DNA from: Trichinella spiralis
Lineage: Eukaryota
Direction of reading: 5' to 3'
Length of the DNA: 64,000 nt
Assembly (NCBI RefSeq): GCF_000181795.1
Contig: NW_003526943.1
Span: forward strand, 5,883,806-5,947,805
The position numbers and the translations under genes are program-made. The notes beneath the pieces were generated by a model. It was not told the DNA's origin. It was given only the letters and a program-made list of their open reading frames with translations, and ran no database searches. Numbering within the stretch: position 1 is the first letter of the stretch; every line of letters begins with the position of its first letter. Shown here in pieces: positions 16,396 through 30,652 of the stretch.

Positions 16396-17450
16396 TTTAA
16401 ACTTATTCAGTTTTGACTAAATAATAATAATAATAATTATTATTATTATTACATCAATATTAATATTTAAAACAAATAAACAAATATAGATTCTGAAATA
16501 TGAATGATTGAAAATTGAAACGCAACACACTTCTCCATACACATGTTTCAAAAATTACGTTGCAAAAAATTAAAATTAATATTTTTCAGTTGTTTACTTT
16601 GAAAAACACAAATTCTATATGACAAAATAAAGACAAGTTTGTTTGTGCCATTTGAAAATTTACAGTGCTTGTCAAACAGATACAAGAATCAGTTCACGAA
16701 CTAGATTTCTTAGCAAGTTTGTCACATTTCAAATACTGTTCAAAGTCACTTCTTAATATAATATAAATATACAAGTGTAATTTCAACCGAAAATTAAATC
16801 TACAATAAATATTAAAAAGAAACAAACAATGCGCTGGTCCACTTCAGGCAGATATCCAAGACGAAATTCAGGTAGGTCTAGTGGCAGCTTTCAATAAACA
16901 CTTTAGCACTGCTTCAACACTGGCATAATTATTTGCTGCTTGAAAATTTTCCACACCCACAAATGTATAATATCTGCAGTCTGCAAGCATGATAAACAAC
17001 ATTTCGTCATCATAGATGATTATAATTAAAAAAATTGTTTTTCCCATCAATTCCACTTCACATTTAAATTTTACCAAATTCTTTTTTCAAACTTTCATTT
17101 AAAATAATCAATGGATCAAAAATTATCACTCTGAAACATTTTTGAGAAAATCATGCAATTTCAAATTCAATATCACTATAACATTATAAAAACTTCCTTA
17201 TTTGGAAATATATTTGCTCACTTTAATCATACAATTTGCCTATTTTTAACAATCATGCTCCTGCTTTACACTTCTTTGTCATTATGAAAGATCCACTTTG
17301 ATGTTAATTTAACTCTACCTACAAACCTGCAAAATACTTTAAAGTACGGCACCAACATATATGTTTATTGCATTAAAAAAAACTGTGCCGGCTTTTCACT
17401 TGCTCAATAAATGAAATAATGAATATATTACTGCAAACATTTTACATTTA

Positions 17451-18224
17451 TACAGACCTCCCTCAACATTCGCGGTAGCGCTGCAGCATCCGCTCCAGCG
17501 GGACCGCGAATGCCGAATTTTCGCGCATACTTCTCATACACCCTGTATTTTCAATACTCATATTCGTACACCCCACCGATGCTTTATAATCTTACGCAAC
17601 TGTCTGAAAGCTGCAAGCGACATCACAGACTGTCTACTGATTTGCACGTTAAATATTATATTTTTTTTCATTCGTTGGATTGAGTGTACAACAGTCAAAA
17701 TCATCGGTGTGTTCTTGCATGCAAACTTGCCAGAAGTGAAGGGACTGTACGGTGCATCTTTTTTAAAAAACATTGTGACTATATTATTTACTTCATACAT
17801 TACATGTTTACTCAAATTATGCGTTAATCTCACGCAGTGTTGGACTGTGCTAACATGAAAGCATATATTCTGCACTTCTAGCCATGTCCGGATCAGTTAC
17901 TAAAATTCTGGAATCAGGGAACCGGTGCTGCCGTAAACCTACCTCCCGCTCGCAGCGCCTCCTTTCCCTTCACCCTAATGTTTTTATCTTCGTCATCTTG
18001 GCATTAGTAGCCGGTAGTTAGCCACCCAGTTTGATTAAGTCGTTATCACTATTGTTATAGTGTGGAACCTCATAAGCGGAAACAACCTTGCACTAAACTT
18101 GCAGATCCACAGCATACATACACACTGGGGTCTAAAAATACGACTTATCTTTGTGGTGTTTTGAAATCCGCGAATGATAAAAAAGAATTACAAATTTTAC
18201 TGCCTAAATGAGGGTTTACAGGTA
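17451..18224. mobile_element. Possible non-autonomous Tc1/mariner-pogo-like DNA transposon relic
   Basis: GC-richer block. It starts TA-CAGACCTCCCTCAACATTCGCGG and ends ...CCGCGAATG...GAGGGTTTACAGG-TA, so the ends are imperfect inverted matches flanked by TA. No transposase ORF. Confidence 0.35.
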
Positions 18225-18549
18225 AATACAAAACAAGGAAAATTATATTTAAAAATATATTTTCACCATTTCTGTTGAAATCTCCACGCTTTCGCAAATA
18301 CAAGATTACTATTCAGTATATTCTATCGCTGCCATTTACAGCATTAAACTGAAACACAGTTATATTTAAAAATATCTTTTGCATGTAAAACGTAGAGCAA
18401 AATTCACTTTTGCATTTACATTTAACACTAATAACAACTGAAATTTCAGAGAATGATACAATATCCAAAGCACTTTGATACAAGCTTTAAAATCAACCAG
18501 TCTGTAATATGTCACACTTATTTAAGATGCAATAAATGAAAAAGGTTTC

Positions 18550-20499
18550 ATGTTTGGACAAAGGAAAAACAACTGCCCCACCAGACTACTAAACAAAAAC
18601 GGTGAATTCAACTTGAGCTCAGAGCTGCACGACCAAAATTGGCGATTTTACAGGTGCTTTATTTATTCATATAATGAAACCAAAAATTGTGTCAAAGTTC
18701 ACAAACGTACAAAAAAAATAACTGCATGCCTCATTTTCATTAAATTATATAATTTAATGATCCTAAACAATTTATATATTTTTATTTTCTCAGTGATATC
18801 TGGAATACACTCATTGAAGTAAAATGGCGCTGGTGTTTGCTGCTTTTCGCTCTCAGCTTCAGTATGAGTTGGCTTCTATTTTCGGTAATTTATTATTGCA
18901 TCATGGTAGTGCATGGAGATTTCGCAAGAAGTCACGACGAAAATTGGAAACCTTGTCTAGAAAATGTTCACTCTTTTGCATCAGTATTCATGTATTCTTT
19001 AGAAGCACAACATACCATTGGATTTGGATATAGGTAAAATACGTTTAGAGGTAAAAGTATACCTGTTAGAATTTATTTCTATAAGGTATCCAACAGAACA
19101 ATGCCCAGAAGTTATATTCATTCTCGGATTGCAGTCCATGTTAGGAATAATTATTCAAAGTCTGATGGTTGGTGTGGTTTTTGCAAAAATGACAAAACCA
19201 AAAAACAGAGCACAAACGCTTCTGTTCAGCAACAATGCCGTGATTGCAAAACGCGAAAGGAACTTGTGTTTAAGTTTTCGAATTGGAGATATGCGAAAAT
19301 ACAAACTCGCAAACGTGAAAATCAATATGATAATGATACGAAAGCATGTGACAGCGGAAGGAGAAGTATCACCATTCTACTTACATGAAATGAAAGTAAG
19401 CCTCTTTTTTATGCATCAATTCAAATACATTTTGCATCCTCATCAAATTCGCCCAAACTACATTATTTGAACATTAACCATATCTGTATAATTTAAAATT
19501 AATAATGAAATTTCATGATATTGCTGTGCATAGCATTATTATTATTATCATGTCTATACTCAATGCATTCATAATATAAGGGAATGCCATTTAAACATTA
19601 AAAAAATCAATTTCAAATCATTTAACAACAGTATTATACCAAAAAACAATATTTCTTACTCAAAACTAAATAGAAGCTTGCGAAAATACTGGATAACTAT
19701 TACTCTCTTAATATTTCCAAATTTAGCATAAAATTTTGAAGTTAGGGCAGTTACAGTTGTGTTTGTTTATTACAGTAATGTAATATGCAAGTTCAGTTAA
19801 TTTTCCAAATAAAATTATTATTTTACTATTTCTTTGTAATTGTCCAATTTTATTAAATAAAAAAAATACGATTTAGCAAAATTATTATTTTAGTTTAATC
19901 AATAATAATATTCAGCTTACTTTTCATTAATTATTGCTCAGCTTTTAGACGCAAGTTGATGATATCAAAGAATGCCCATTATTATCTTGGCCTGTTATTG
20001 TTAATCACGTAATCGACGAAAACAGTCCAATGTATAAATATAATGAATCTGATTTACTTTCTGCAAGATTTGAAATTATTGTCATTCTTGATGGATTGAT
20101 TTCAAGCTCAGGAGTATGCACCCAAGCGAGTACAAGCTATCTGCCGGAAGAAATACTTTGGGGACAAAGGTATTTACTTGACTTATAGATTATCTGTTTT
20201 CATTTTTCAAAATAATTTAGATTTTGCAAATTAATAACCTTCCAGAAACAAAACGGCGTTTTTCATATTGATTATAGCAAGTTTCACACCACATACAGAA
20301 TTACAACACCATCAATGTCAGCAGAAGAACTAGATCAAATTCGAATAGTAAGTTACTGAAGCCTCTACAATTTTTATAATTTTGATTTTAGAATATGCCA
20401 GATATTCCTATGATAGACGAGGAAGAATGCAATGATGAATGCTTCAAAATAAATAGCTCAGTTCTCAAAGAATGTTTGTTACCGAAGCAAATATCTTGA
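18550..20499 (+). CDS. Inward-rectifier potassium channel (Kir/IRK family), multi-exon; true start may be upstream
   Basis: RLLNKNGEFN, DIWNTLIEVKWRW, pore YSLEAQHTIGFGYR|YPTEQCP, TM2 LQSMLGIIIQSLMVGVVFAKM, RAQTLLFSNNAVI, WPVIVNHVIDENSPMY, FEIIVILDG, TSYLPEEILWGQRF, IDYSKFH. Stop TGA at 20497-20499. Confidence 0.95.
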
Positions 20500-23400
20500 A
20501 TTTTTAGTATTATGCCAAATGAAAATATTAAATTTCAAGTTGAACAATTAAAATCATGCATTTTTTCTATTTATGAAATTTATCGAGTATTTTATGATTT
20601 TTGTCTCCGTGAACTGTTAAATTAAGCATTTTTAATACTTTCAATGAACTGCGAATGAGTTTCACATTTTCATATTATCGACAAAAACTGTTTTATTTTT
20701 CAACAATTTGATTTTGTTCTTTTTTTCTTAGTTTATTTGTTATTGTTTTAGAGAGCTGAAATATTGTGCATGCTTTATTTCATTTTTCAATAAATAATTC
20801 TGCTTTCCAATTTCGTTGAACACATCAATGTTCATTGTTCTAAACTACTTACATTTCAAAAATGTACAGTATAATTTTATTTTTTACTGTTTACAAAATT
20901 TAAATCTCTAAAACAGCAGCAAATGAACATCCGTTCACTGTGCTTAGCAAAAGAAGATGCATTATACTGAGTTTATCAAGGCTGAGGACGCACGAGTAGT
21001 GGATATGCCGGCATTTTTTCAGATCATGCTGCTGAAGCATGTCGATATGTTCAGTTACAGTTCGTTACAGATCAAAAGCAAATACTGTGGTCATTCACGG
21101 CAGAACGTTCCAAAATACTGCCCAATACAATACATGCCTGCAACTTTTTCTCTCAAAGATAGAAATTCTGTTTACGAAAGTGATACGAGACGTTCAGTTG
21201 CCTCATAAATCTACTTACATAAATCATTTCAAGATAAGATAGCAAAGCGCACCATCTGTTTTTTGGCTAGATGTTAGGCATCGTATAAAGGGGCGAAAGC
21301 ACAACTCTGAGAACCCGCTATATAGGAGCAGTAGAAACCTCTCTACTTTCCTTTGAAACAAGGGATATTAAACAGGGCTGGAAGTGGCTGAAGCAGAGAG
21401 AAGCCAAAATACAACTTTAGTTTTTTCGGCCACACAATATCACAGACAAAATAAATAAAATTACAAAAATTTCAAAATCATAATCACTATGATTAATTGC
21501 ATTAATCAAAGAGTAATTTTTTTACATTTGCAAATCATAAGTTATAAAGATTCCCAATCCATCTCAAAAGCACAAAATATAAATAAACATAATATTTATA
21601 ATACTATTTCAGGTGAAATAAAAATTTTATTACATAACTAAATTAAAATGTTGGGATGATCCACGAAAGACGCAGTTTTTACCGAGGGTTGTGCGTTATC
21701 TTATTGGACGTTATGCCATGATCTTTTTGGTTTTTCTTATGTAATTGCAACACTTGTCCTTTGTGGAGTAAATGTATTAAAAATAAAACAGTGAAATAGC
21801 ATGATTTATAAATGAAAAACATTAAAAATGGCGTTGCAATGAAATTATTCCACTAAAATATTATGAAAAGAGACTTACAAAACCCAATTTTGTATTATGA
21901 ATCATTTTGTTTAGGACGCTGACTGGAAGCAGACTTGGCCAGACGTGGTTATTTATTGAAGGTAAATAATCACAGGCAATTTTGTAAATTTTTGTCTTAG
22001 ATTTCATGTTGTAAAACGTGAAATCTTTTATGAAATTACTACTTTTCAATCAGTTGTAGGAATTTGGAAACGTAAGAGAAAGTTGCTGATGTGTTTCACA
22101 ATAAATGTGTTTATATTAATGAAAATGTAAATAGCATTTTTAATGTATGTAAACTGTTTTCGGTAAAATTTATTATAATAAATTGATCGCTTGATAAAGT
22201 GAAGTGAATATACGAGTTCATTGAAAAGCAAAATAAATTAGCAAAAAAATTCGTTAAAAAATTTGTTTCCGGATTAAAAAAATAAAAATTCTAGCTGAAA
22301 ATAAATCCTAAAAATGAATGTCAATGCTGATTTACATACTTGATAGCTAAGCAGTATCTGATAATACAAATGATGATGTTCATGATGTAATTCGATTAAT
22401 GCTAGTATACTTTCCACATATCAAAAACAAATTTTTAAATCAGATGGAACATTTTAAATTGAATTTCATTTAGTTTAACTAAATTGCAATACTTGCTTTG
22501 GCAACTTACCCAACGGCAATCATTCTGCTTCAATCTGTTGAGCTTGAACGAATTAAGCAATAATTTTATCTAAATTATATTGAATGAATTCGAAAAAAGT
22601 TATAAGCAAAATAATACATATAAAATTATTAAGTTCATTTCAAATTGTTTATATTGTGAAGAAATGTCCGCATAGCTTTATATTAGGATTAGTTAATGAA
22701 AAATCCTTTTATTGATCATTTTCATATTCAATTTATTGTTTGTAAAACATTTATTTGACATTAATTTAATTTCATAAATGCATTGTTAAAAAAATTTATT
22801 TATTGATATAATTATTTAGTATTTATTACGAATTAAAGTGAACTGTGCTTATATAGCGATAGCTTACTAAATAGCATTGACATTTGATGGCATTTAGAGA
22901 GCAGTTAGTTTAGGAGAGCATTATGAAATTTGAAAATCATGCAATTACGGAAATGCCGAATTGCCGGAGATTTTATTATTAGTTGGATGAGGGTAGCTTA
23001 TATGCATGGATCTGATAAGTTTTTTTCTTAACCCATGTGAATGTTTAATATATCGATTTTATTTAGAATTGATTATGAATAATAGAAAATAGCAACAACA
23101 AAATAATAACATCTGCGAATAACATTGCATGAACTGGCATTATCAGATCATACCGCTGAAAATGGGAAGCAACGTTGCAGTATATACAATCAAGAAAAAA
23201 AACTATGGTTGTTTTAAAAAAACAAATAAAGCGTATTGCCAAAATTTAGTACTGCTTAAATTATGCCAAATTTAAAGGCAATAAATGAAAAAATGTTTAA
23301 TTACCAAAGCATTTTCCGCTAATTAAACGCAGTTTATAAACAAACCCTTTCATAAAAATAGTTTAAAATACTGTTTAATTTTATAACAATTGTCGAACTG

Positions 23401-25938
23401 AAACTGAAAGAATACTGCAGATTATAGTTATTTGTGTGTTCAAAGATTTTAATATGTTAAATTTTTGACTGCACATTATTCATAAGGCAAATAAACATTA
23501 CAGACAAAATTTTGTGCTAATTTTGTTGCAGGTTACCTTTCAACTAATAGTTTTTGATTCTTTTTTGCTTGGTGATGCAAATTATACAACCCCATATTCT
23601 AATATTCAAAAAATTTTTTAATAACAATAACTTAAAATATATGAAATACCAATGTTTAATAATATAAGAGATGTTGTTTCTTCTGCGTACAATAAGATTA
23701 TGGCATTTGTCCATTTTTATAATTTTCTGCTATGTTTCTCTGATTAAAAACAATATACCCACGTAGAATGTTTACGTACTGACAACTTGTTGTATAAAAG
23801 ATTTTCATAATTGCGTCCAACAATTAACACAGTATTTCCTATTCTTAAATATGTACATAAATTTTATTATTTTACAGTTCAGTATTTGTTATATTAGTCA
23901 TTTATACAATATTTTATTTTACAGTTTCAACTTAATTCAGTTCCAGATTTTAAAGAATAATACTTCTCAGTTTTCATTTGTATTTTTATTTCATTTTTAT
24001 TCCAAACTATCTGAATAAGCAAAAGCAAGAGTGAATTGTAAACTTTTATCAGATCAATGCATGCCCTGATGACTGTCGTCGATCACTGTATACATTTACA
24101 TAAGATGATATCTAAATAAAAGTAGAATGCCATCAATGTTTCATTGTGCACTATTCATATTTAAATTACTTTCGTGGAATTGTTTAAAAATTTATGTAGC
24201 ATTACTACATAACGAACTTTTAACTCATAAAATTTATTCAAGTTTCACAATAAATTAAAAAAAAAATAAGAATTTATTTTAAATCTGCCACTGAGGGTAT
24301 ATTAATAACCGCCTTTGTTGAAAAATTAATGAAATGATTTATACTAGGTAAAGAATATATCCCGAATACTTTAAAGCAGGCTGCAAATTTTGACCACCAC
24401 AAATACAATGGTAATATAAGATAAAATAAAATAAGAAAAAATAATCTCCGATAAATTTACAGTGCAGCATAGTTCTGTAATTGTACAGAGATGATTACTT
24501 AAAAAGATGAATTTTTTAAATTTAATGTACCGAGTGTAAGGGCATTTAACCGAAATATTTAAAGCAGCAATTAATATTGCACTTTCTAAGTTATATGCTA
24601 AATTATTTGCTATTCCTAATGATCCTTCATTTTTATTGCCTTCTAAGTTCTTTAATAAAACATTTCATTCATGTTTTGAAACAAATGCATCCATTTTTAA
24701 TTTGAATTTTCAAATTAAAAGTAATCTCTGTAAGAATACAAAATGTGAGTTACCCAATCGAAGTTTTGTAAAATATTGTGTGTTTTGGTACAGCTTACAT
24801 ATTTAGCATTTATGATTTTAGAAAAAATACTTTCTTAACTGAAACTTTCATTGTTAGCTACAGTACAGTGGCATAAAACTTAATTATCAATATTTTCATT
24901 TGTTATTAATCGTACTGTGTATTTCTATTTTTCTTTGGGTGTGCGAGATTTTGTAGTCATTTTTTCTTAGAAATCGCATAAAGGTATATAATTTTTCTCA
25001 TAAGGTGTTTACTGCTTTATTGTTTTAACTTTTAATAAATGGAAATGCTATTTCAACTTAATAAGTGTAGTTGCATGTGAAATTATTGAAATTTATTTAT
25101 TTTGGACTTTTAAAGTTATATTATTGTTTTTTATTTTTGTAAAGATTATTATTTTATTTATGAAGGCATTTTCTATTAATCATATTAATGCTTTTATTGT
25201 AGTTTTATTATATTGTGAGCCAATACTTTTCTAGCAGGATGGATTTGAATTTCGTAGTTATGTTGTTAATTTGAAGTATTTATTAACATTTTGTCAGATT
25301 TGTATGAATTTTTATTCGTCTTCTTAATTATGATTATTTGAACAATCGTGCATGCACTGCGCATAATTTTGCAGAACAACTCTGAAACTCGAATATGTAT
25401 GATGATATTCAAATATTTATGCTTTTTAGAAAGCACTGTTTTCATTGAAAACTGTGTAATATTTTTGTGGTTTCTTATATTTTTTAGAAATCGACGTGCA
25501 TTTTCAATGTAATCAACCAGACTTTGGATTGAAACGTTTTACTGTATTTCTTTTTTAACGTACGAGCGGTTGGTCATGTCGTTAGCATATCTTGTTTCAT
25601 TTTTAAAATGTTTTTTATTTTTATTTTTGGTAGAATTATTAAGAAGTGAAGTCAGTATTTTGTTTTATTTGGTAATATTTATTTGTTAATTTGTTTTGAT
25701 GAATGTTAATCGATATTATTAAGTATTGTTTTTTCTATCTTACCACCAGTTGAAAGGAATTTTGTTAAATTTTCAATACACCGTATGACTTGTAATAATA
25801 AGAAGTGAGGTATATTTTCTCATGTTTTGCATTTCATGTGTGTGCCATTTTATAAATTGTGATGGAATGATTGATGTCCTTGATCGATATTATTTACATC
25901 TTTACATTTATCTTTTGGCAAACAAACAGCTGTTGGAT

Positions 25939-26850
25939 ATGAAGAAGTCGAAGCATGGAAGAGCTGTAAGTAGTAGTGCGGAAAAAGCCAAATTGCGCAA
26001 ACAGCCAAAGGTGGCTGTAAAGAAGAAAGAAAGCAGCGATAGCACTTTTCATGACAGTGAAAGTGGTGACGGTGAATTGGTGTATTCTGATTTTGTTCAA
26101 GAAACAATACGAGAAATAATACCGAAGGGGACGGAAAGAACCCGAACTTGGGAAGCGTGGAATGCTGAAGAGATCAGCATGTTTTTTGAAGCTTTGAAAC
26201 TGGTAAACTGTATTTTTTTTCTTTCCTCAATTTTTAAATAGTTTTTGAAATTCACTGTTGTTTTTTGTTAATTGTTTTAAATACTATTTTGTTTGCATGA
26301 AAATGCTGTGTGCATTCTAACTTGGATTATTTTGCACATTTCAGCTGTCAGTTTGAAGTGCAAATTCTATTGAAATATAAGGGTAAATGCTTATTTATTT
26401 AAATACATTTCCTGCCTATAAAGTGTCGTATCTTTTGAAGAATATTGACTTTAACTAGTATATTGTGTTTTCTAAAACATTTATTTTCAAATAATTTGTT
26501 GTTCAAAATTCTTTTTAGCACGGGAAAAATCACGACGCTATAAGTCGCTATGTGGCGGAAAATACAAAGTCTAATCCGAAGAATTATGTCCAAGTGCGGA
26601 ATTTCTATTACAATACGTGGGGTCGAATATCCGGCTTTTTGAATTTATCGCGTTGTATGTGTTTTATTTATTTATTTATTTATTTATTTATTTTGTTAAT
26701 TGTTATGTTTTACTGTTGAGACAATGCTCCGAAAGAAGCGAAAGAATTGTTCGCGTTAATTAACTTTGGTGCATGGATACAGAAAACGGGCAGTTTAAAA
26801 CTTGATGCAAATACAGCAGAATTGTTTAATCACCTTATTATAACCGGGTG

Positions 26851-26889
<39 letters not shown>

Positions 26890-29800
26890 CTTTTCATTTG
26901 CTTAGTTACTTATTTCATATCTTGTAGAGAATGTAAACTGAGGATGGAAGTGTGGAAAAAGAAGTCGAAGACATATCGACGATTTCGGGTACAAACTCCG
27001 GAATGCCCGGCTTTGAGGAAATATTTGCCTAAGGGTTGTTTATTCTTTTTTTTTGTCCATAATATTCATTTTATTAATATTTCTCTTTTATAGATATTCC
27101 ACAAAGCAGCTTCATTATGCATGACAATATTGTTTTGCAGTTGATGCCTCACGACGCCTGGGCTGAATATTTTGTAATCGACTCTGGTCAGAATCCCCGC
27201 CTTAAATTGTGCGTTTCGTCGACGTTGCCGATTGTCAAGGTGTTCAGTGAATTGGAAAGACGGTGGAAATCGTCACTTGCTTTTGTCTGTTCATATTTTA
27301 TTGCATATATCTAATTTTTGTATTAATTAATAATTGTGGTATTATTGATTTATTTTTCTTTTATAGGTAAATGGTACTCTGATACCGTTTTGGTTCATCA
27401 GATTGGTGCCGGACGGTTTTAAATTTTTACGCTGCAACGTGGTTAACAACAATTTCAACAGCATGAAGAAACGCGCCATAAAGCGGACGTTTTCTTTGGA
27501 GTTCTGCTTCCCTCTTGCTGAACAGGTCGAATATTCTCCTTTCAGTTGTTCTCTGGATGCTGGCAATATAAATGAAGGTTTGACATGGGAAAATGCGAAA
27601 TGCCTCAGCGTGGGGCAGCTGAGTGTTCTGGTAATTAATCAATAATCGGTTTATTGATATTATATTATTATAATAATTTAAAAGTGAATAACTTTCAGAG
27701 TGGCAACATGCAGACGTTGCGTTTTCGTTACCAATTTTGCCGAGATTTAACAATGGTTTGCGTATTTTACATTTCTTTAATGTGTTTATTTTATTTTCTT
27801 TATTAGGATCAAGCATATTATTATTATAATTAATTGATTTTTGTTAAATTCTTTTTCCTTCATTTGTGATCAATTGTAGATAGATGAAGATCGGTGGATG
27901 GACATTTTTGCTTGCTACATCAGGATGAAGTCGTACGAAGACAAATTTGTGAGCAGTTTGGATCGATGAAGATTTGCATTATTGTCACAGTTTTGCAATT
28001 TTTTGAAATCCCATTCCAGAAACAAAGAATGAACAGCATGACAGTTGCAACTTTGTTACGCGAGATGTTTGTTTTCAAGTCGAGCATAGAAGCAACGCCA
28101 TTAAATGATGATGAAGGCGATCGCGTCAATCAGCAGCAGTCAAGCAGTGCAACAAAGGCAACGGGGATATCTTCTCAAGACTGTAAGTGATTCAGTCTGA
28201 TTTTTTCCAAGATAATTTTTATTTATTCTTAATTTTTACTTTTTAATGTGATTTTCATTTTTCAAACCAGTGTTGCATATAAATATTCAATTTGGCATTT
28301 TATATGGCAGAATTTTTTACAACTTTAATTTCTTTAACAAATTACTGTAGATATTTACAAGATCGAGAAATTATGTTTCATAAGAATTCATATATTGGAT
28401 ATAATGCGTTGACTTTTTTATCGTAACTGTTTGGTGAAAAAAATACGTTTGCATCAAGCTCTGAACGCAGGAGTGATTATGCTACATCTGTTCTTTTATT
28501 TCAATTTGCCGTTCATTGTATTCAAATGATTTTGCAGTTGCTTCTGCTCCTGATAAGGAAGCATTACGGCGGAAAAGGACGAAGAAGCGAAAGAAATCTT
28601 TCCAAACAGCGATAACCTCGAAATTGTCCCTCATTAAACAGCACAGTCAAACTGCGTTGGTATGTTATTTTAATGTCTGAAGTGGATTTTTCAAAACGTT
28701 TTTCATAGAATTCGATGCCTCATTGCGATATAACTTCCGGGTACCCATCTACTTCAGCAGGAAACGTGCCCGAAGGTGGGCGTCAAAATTTTGCTTGCAT
28801 TTCAGGTTAAATTATTTACATACAGTTCAGTTTAATCACTTTTGAACAAAGGGTGCTTATTTTAGGTTTGGATCCTATTTTATTGGACGGTGAAGAAATC
28901 CGCGAACAGATCTCAGAGGAAATCGTTGCTGACGTCAACATGGTTTGTACTGAGTTTTGAAAAATCTTATTTTTATACTTGTATTTGCAACTAAACTGAC
29001 TGTAGCCTGATGTACCTTGATGTATCCGGTTAATTTTTATGATTTATAAAGTACTTTTTCAAATTTTTTCACAAGATAAGTTTTATTTTAGAATGACAAC
29101 CCTGAAGTGCCAGTGGCTGCTTCCATCTCTTCTGAATCTTCTGCGTCTTCTGGTGATGCGACTACTAGTACAGACCAGCAATCTGAAGTTCTTCCTGGTA
29201 AATTTTATATTGTTTTCAGTAGTTTAGCAATATAAATATTTGTTGTATTTTGTTGAAATTTTTATATTTATTTTTTTATGCGTAATTTTGCATTTTTAGT
29301 GATCTTTGTTACAAAGTCGCATTTGGAAGGCTTTTGCGATTGGTCTTTGGGTAGTTTGAATTGCTTTCCACCAGGTAGTTTTTCAGTTATTTAACTGAAA
29401 ACATGAAATTAGTATGATCAATATTTAATTTAAAAAATTTAATAAAAGATTTTGTCACTAATTTTGCAATAATTATAGCTTCTTTATGAAATGTAGAGTA
29501 TTGTTGTAAAGACTTTTGAAGAAAACATTTCAAAATAAGTATCGTATAATATATGATCATGTAATTTATTTTTTGGTCAAGATTTTTTTTTATTATTCTT
29601 AATTTTTTATGAACAATTATGAAGTGATTATTGTAATTTCAGAATGACTCGTCATTTGGTTTTCAATGTAACGAGCAACTGTTCTGGCATAACAGTTTTC
29701 TTATTTGTTGCATTGGTAATCTGTCCTCGTTTTTGAAGTCAATTGTACCTGAATTTTCATATAATTTTAGAAATTTAAAGAAATCTCATTCGTTTTACGC

Positions 29801-30108
29801 TTCATTTTATCTGTGATGCACAAATATCAACTTAAAACTTATTTTGACGAAGAAGAATCAGAAAAAAATAATGGACGTTCAGCGTTATGTATAAAATTGA
29901 ATTTATAATAATTGTTTTTCATCAGAATTGACAGAATTTAATAATACTTTGCTTTTAAGCAAAATAAATTTTTGTTTTGCTATAGAATTGATTAAAAAAT
30001 GACAAACTATAGAATTTTAATTTTTGTGAAGGAAGGAAGATAACCAACATTTTGAGGAAAGAACGTTTAGCCAACAGCACGTCATTCGACATTTTTACAT
30101 CCAGCTGA
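25939..30108 (+). CDS. CRAMP1: Cramped-like SANT/Myb chromatin regulator, multi-exon; 3' end uncertain
   Basis: RTWEAWNAEEISMFFEALKL|HGKNHDAI...KNYVQVRNFYYNTWGRI is a SANT domain matching CRAMP1 WESWS..FFEGL.EHGKDF..QVRHFYYRTW. Also KELFALINFG, RVQTPECPALRK and LQLMPH..W....SGQNPRLKL. Exons after ~28000 are poorly conserved and the final stop is a guess. Confidence 0.85.
26851..26886 (+). repeat. (ATT)12 microsatellite in a CRAMP1 intron
   Basis: Read directly; it produces the spurious poly-Ile ORF at 26848. Confidence 0.95.
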
Positions 30109-30241
30109 TCGCATGTAGATGAAAAAATTGCGGAAATTCTATTGCATATTTTATTTTATTAAATGAAATTTACATAAGAAATGTAAAACACGAATTTTGA
30201 AGCATTTCCAAGAACTTTGTACTGGCAAAGTTAATTTCATG

Positions 30242-30652
30242 TGTAACTGTAGCGGACGCGGCCTGAGCTAACATCCCTATTTGTCCAGACAAGGAGAAGG
30301 GAAGAAGGATGAAGCTTCCGTAAGCGGATTTGGATTCGAAGAACGGAGGAAGAATACGGTGCTGCATGGATGGAAAGGAGCTTGGTTGTCGTTGGTTCGG
30401 AAAGCTTGCTGTGACGTATCGTCGACGGTCTTTGTTCGTAGTTGCTAATAAACACTTCGGTCCCACTGTTCATTTATTGGTCGTTGACTTCGCTATCTTA
30501 TTAGACCGTATAGTCTTTGTCGTATTGGTTTTCCTTGTCTAATTGCTCATTGATTCAAATCTTTCCCTTGTGATTAGCTGTAATATGTTTTCATTTCATT
30601 GGTTCAAATATTCCATTTAGGATTACGTAACTTTAATAGTAGTGACGTAACA
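30242..30652. mobile_element. Possible solo LTR
   Basis: About 410-bp GC-richer block bounded by TGTAAC/TGTAGCG and CGTAACA, with an internal AATAAA (~30446). No target-site duplication found. Confidence 0.3.
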
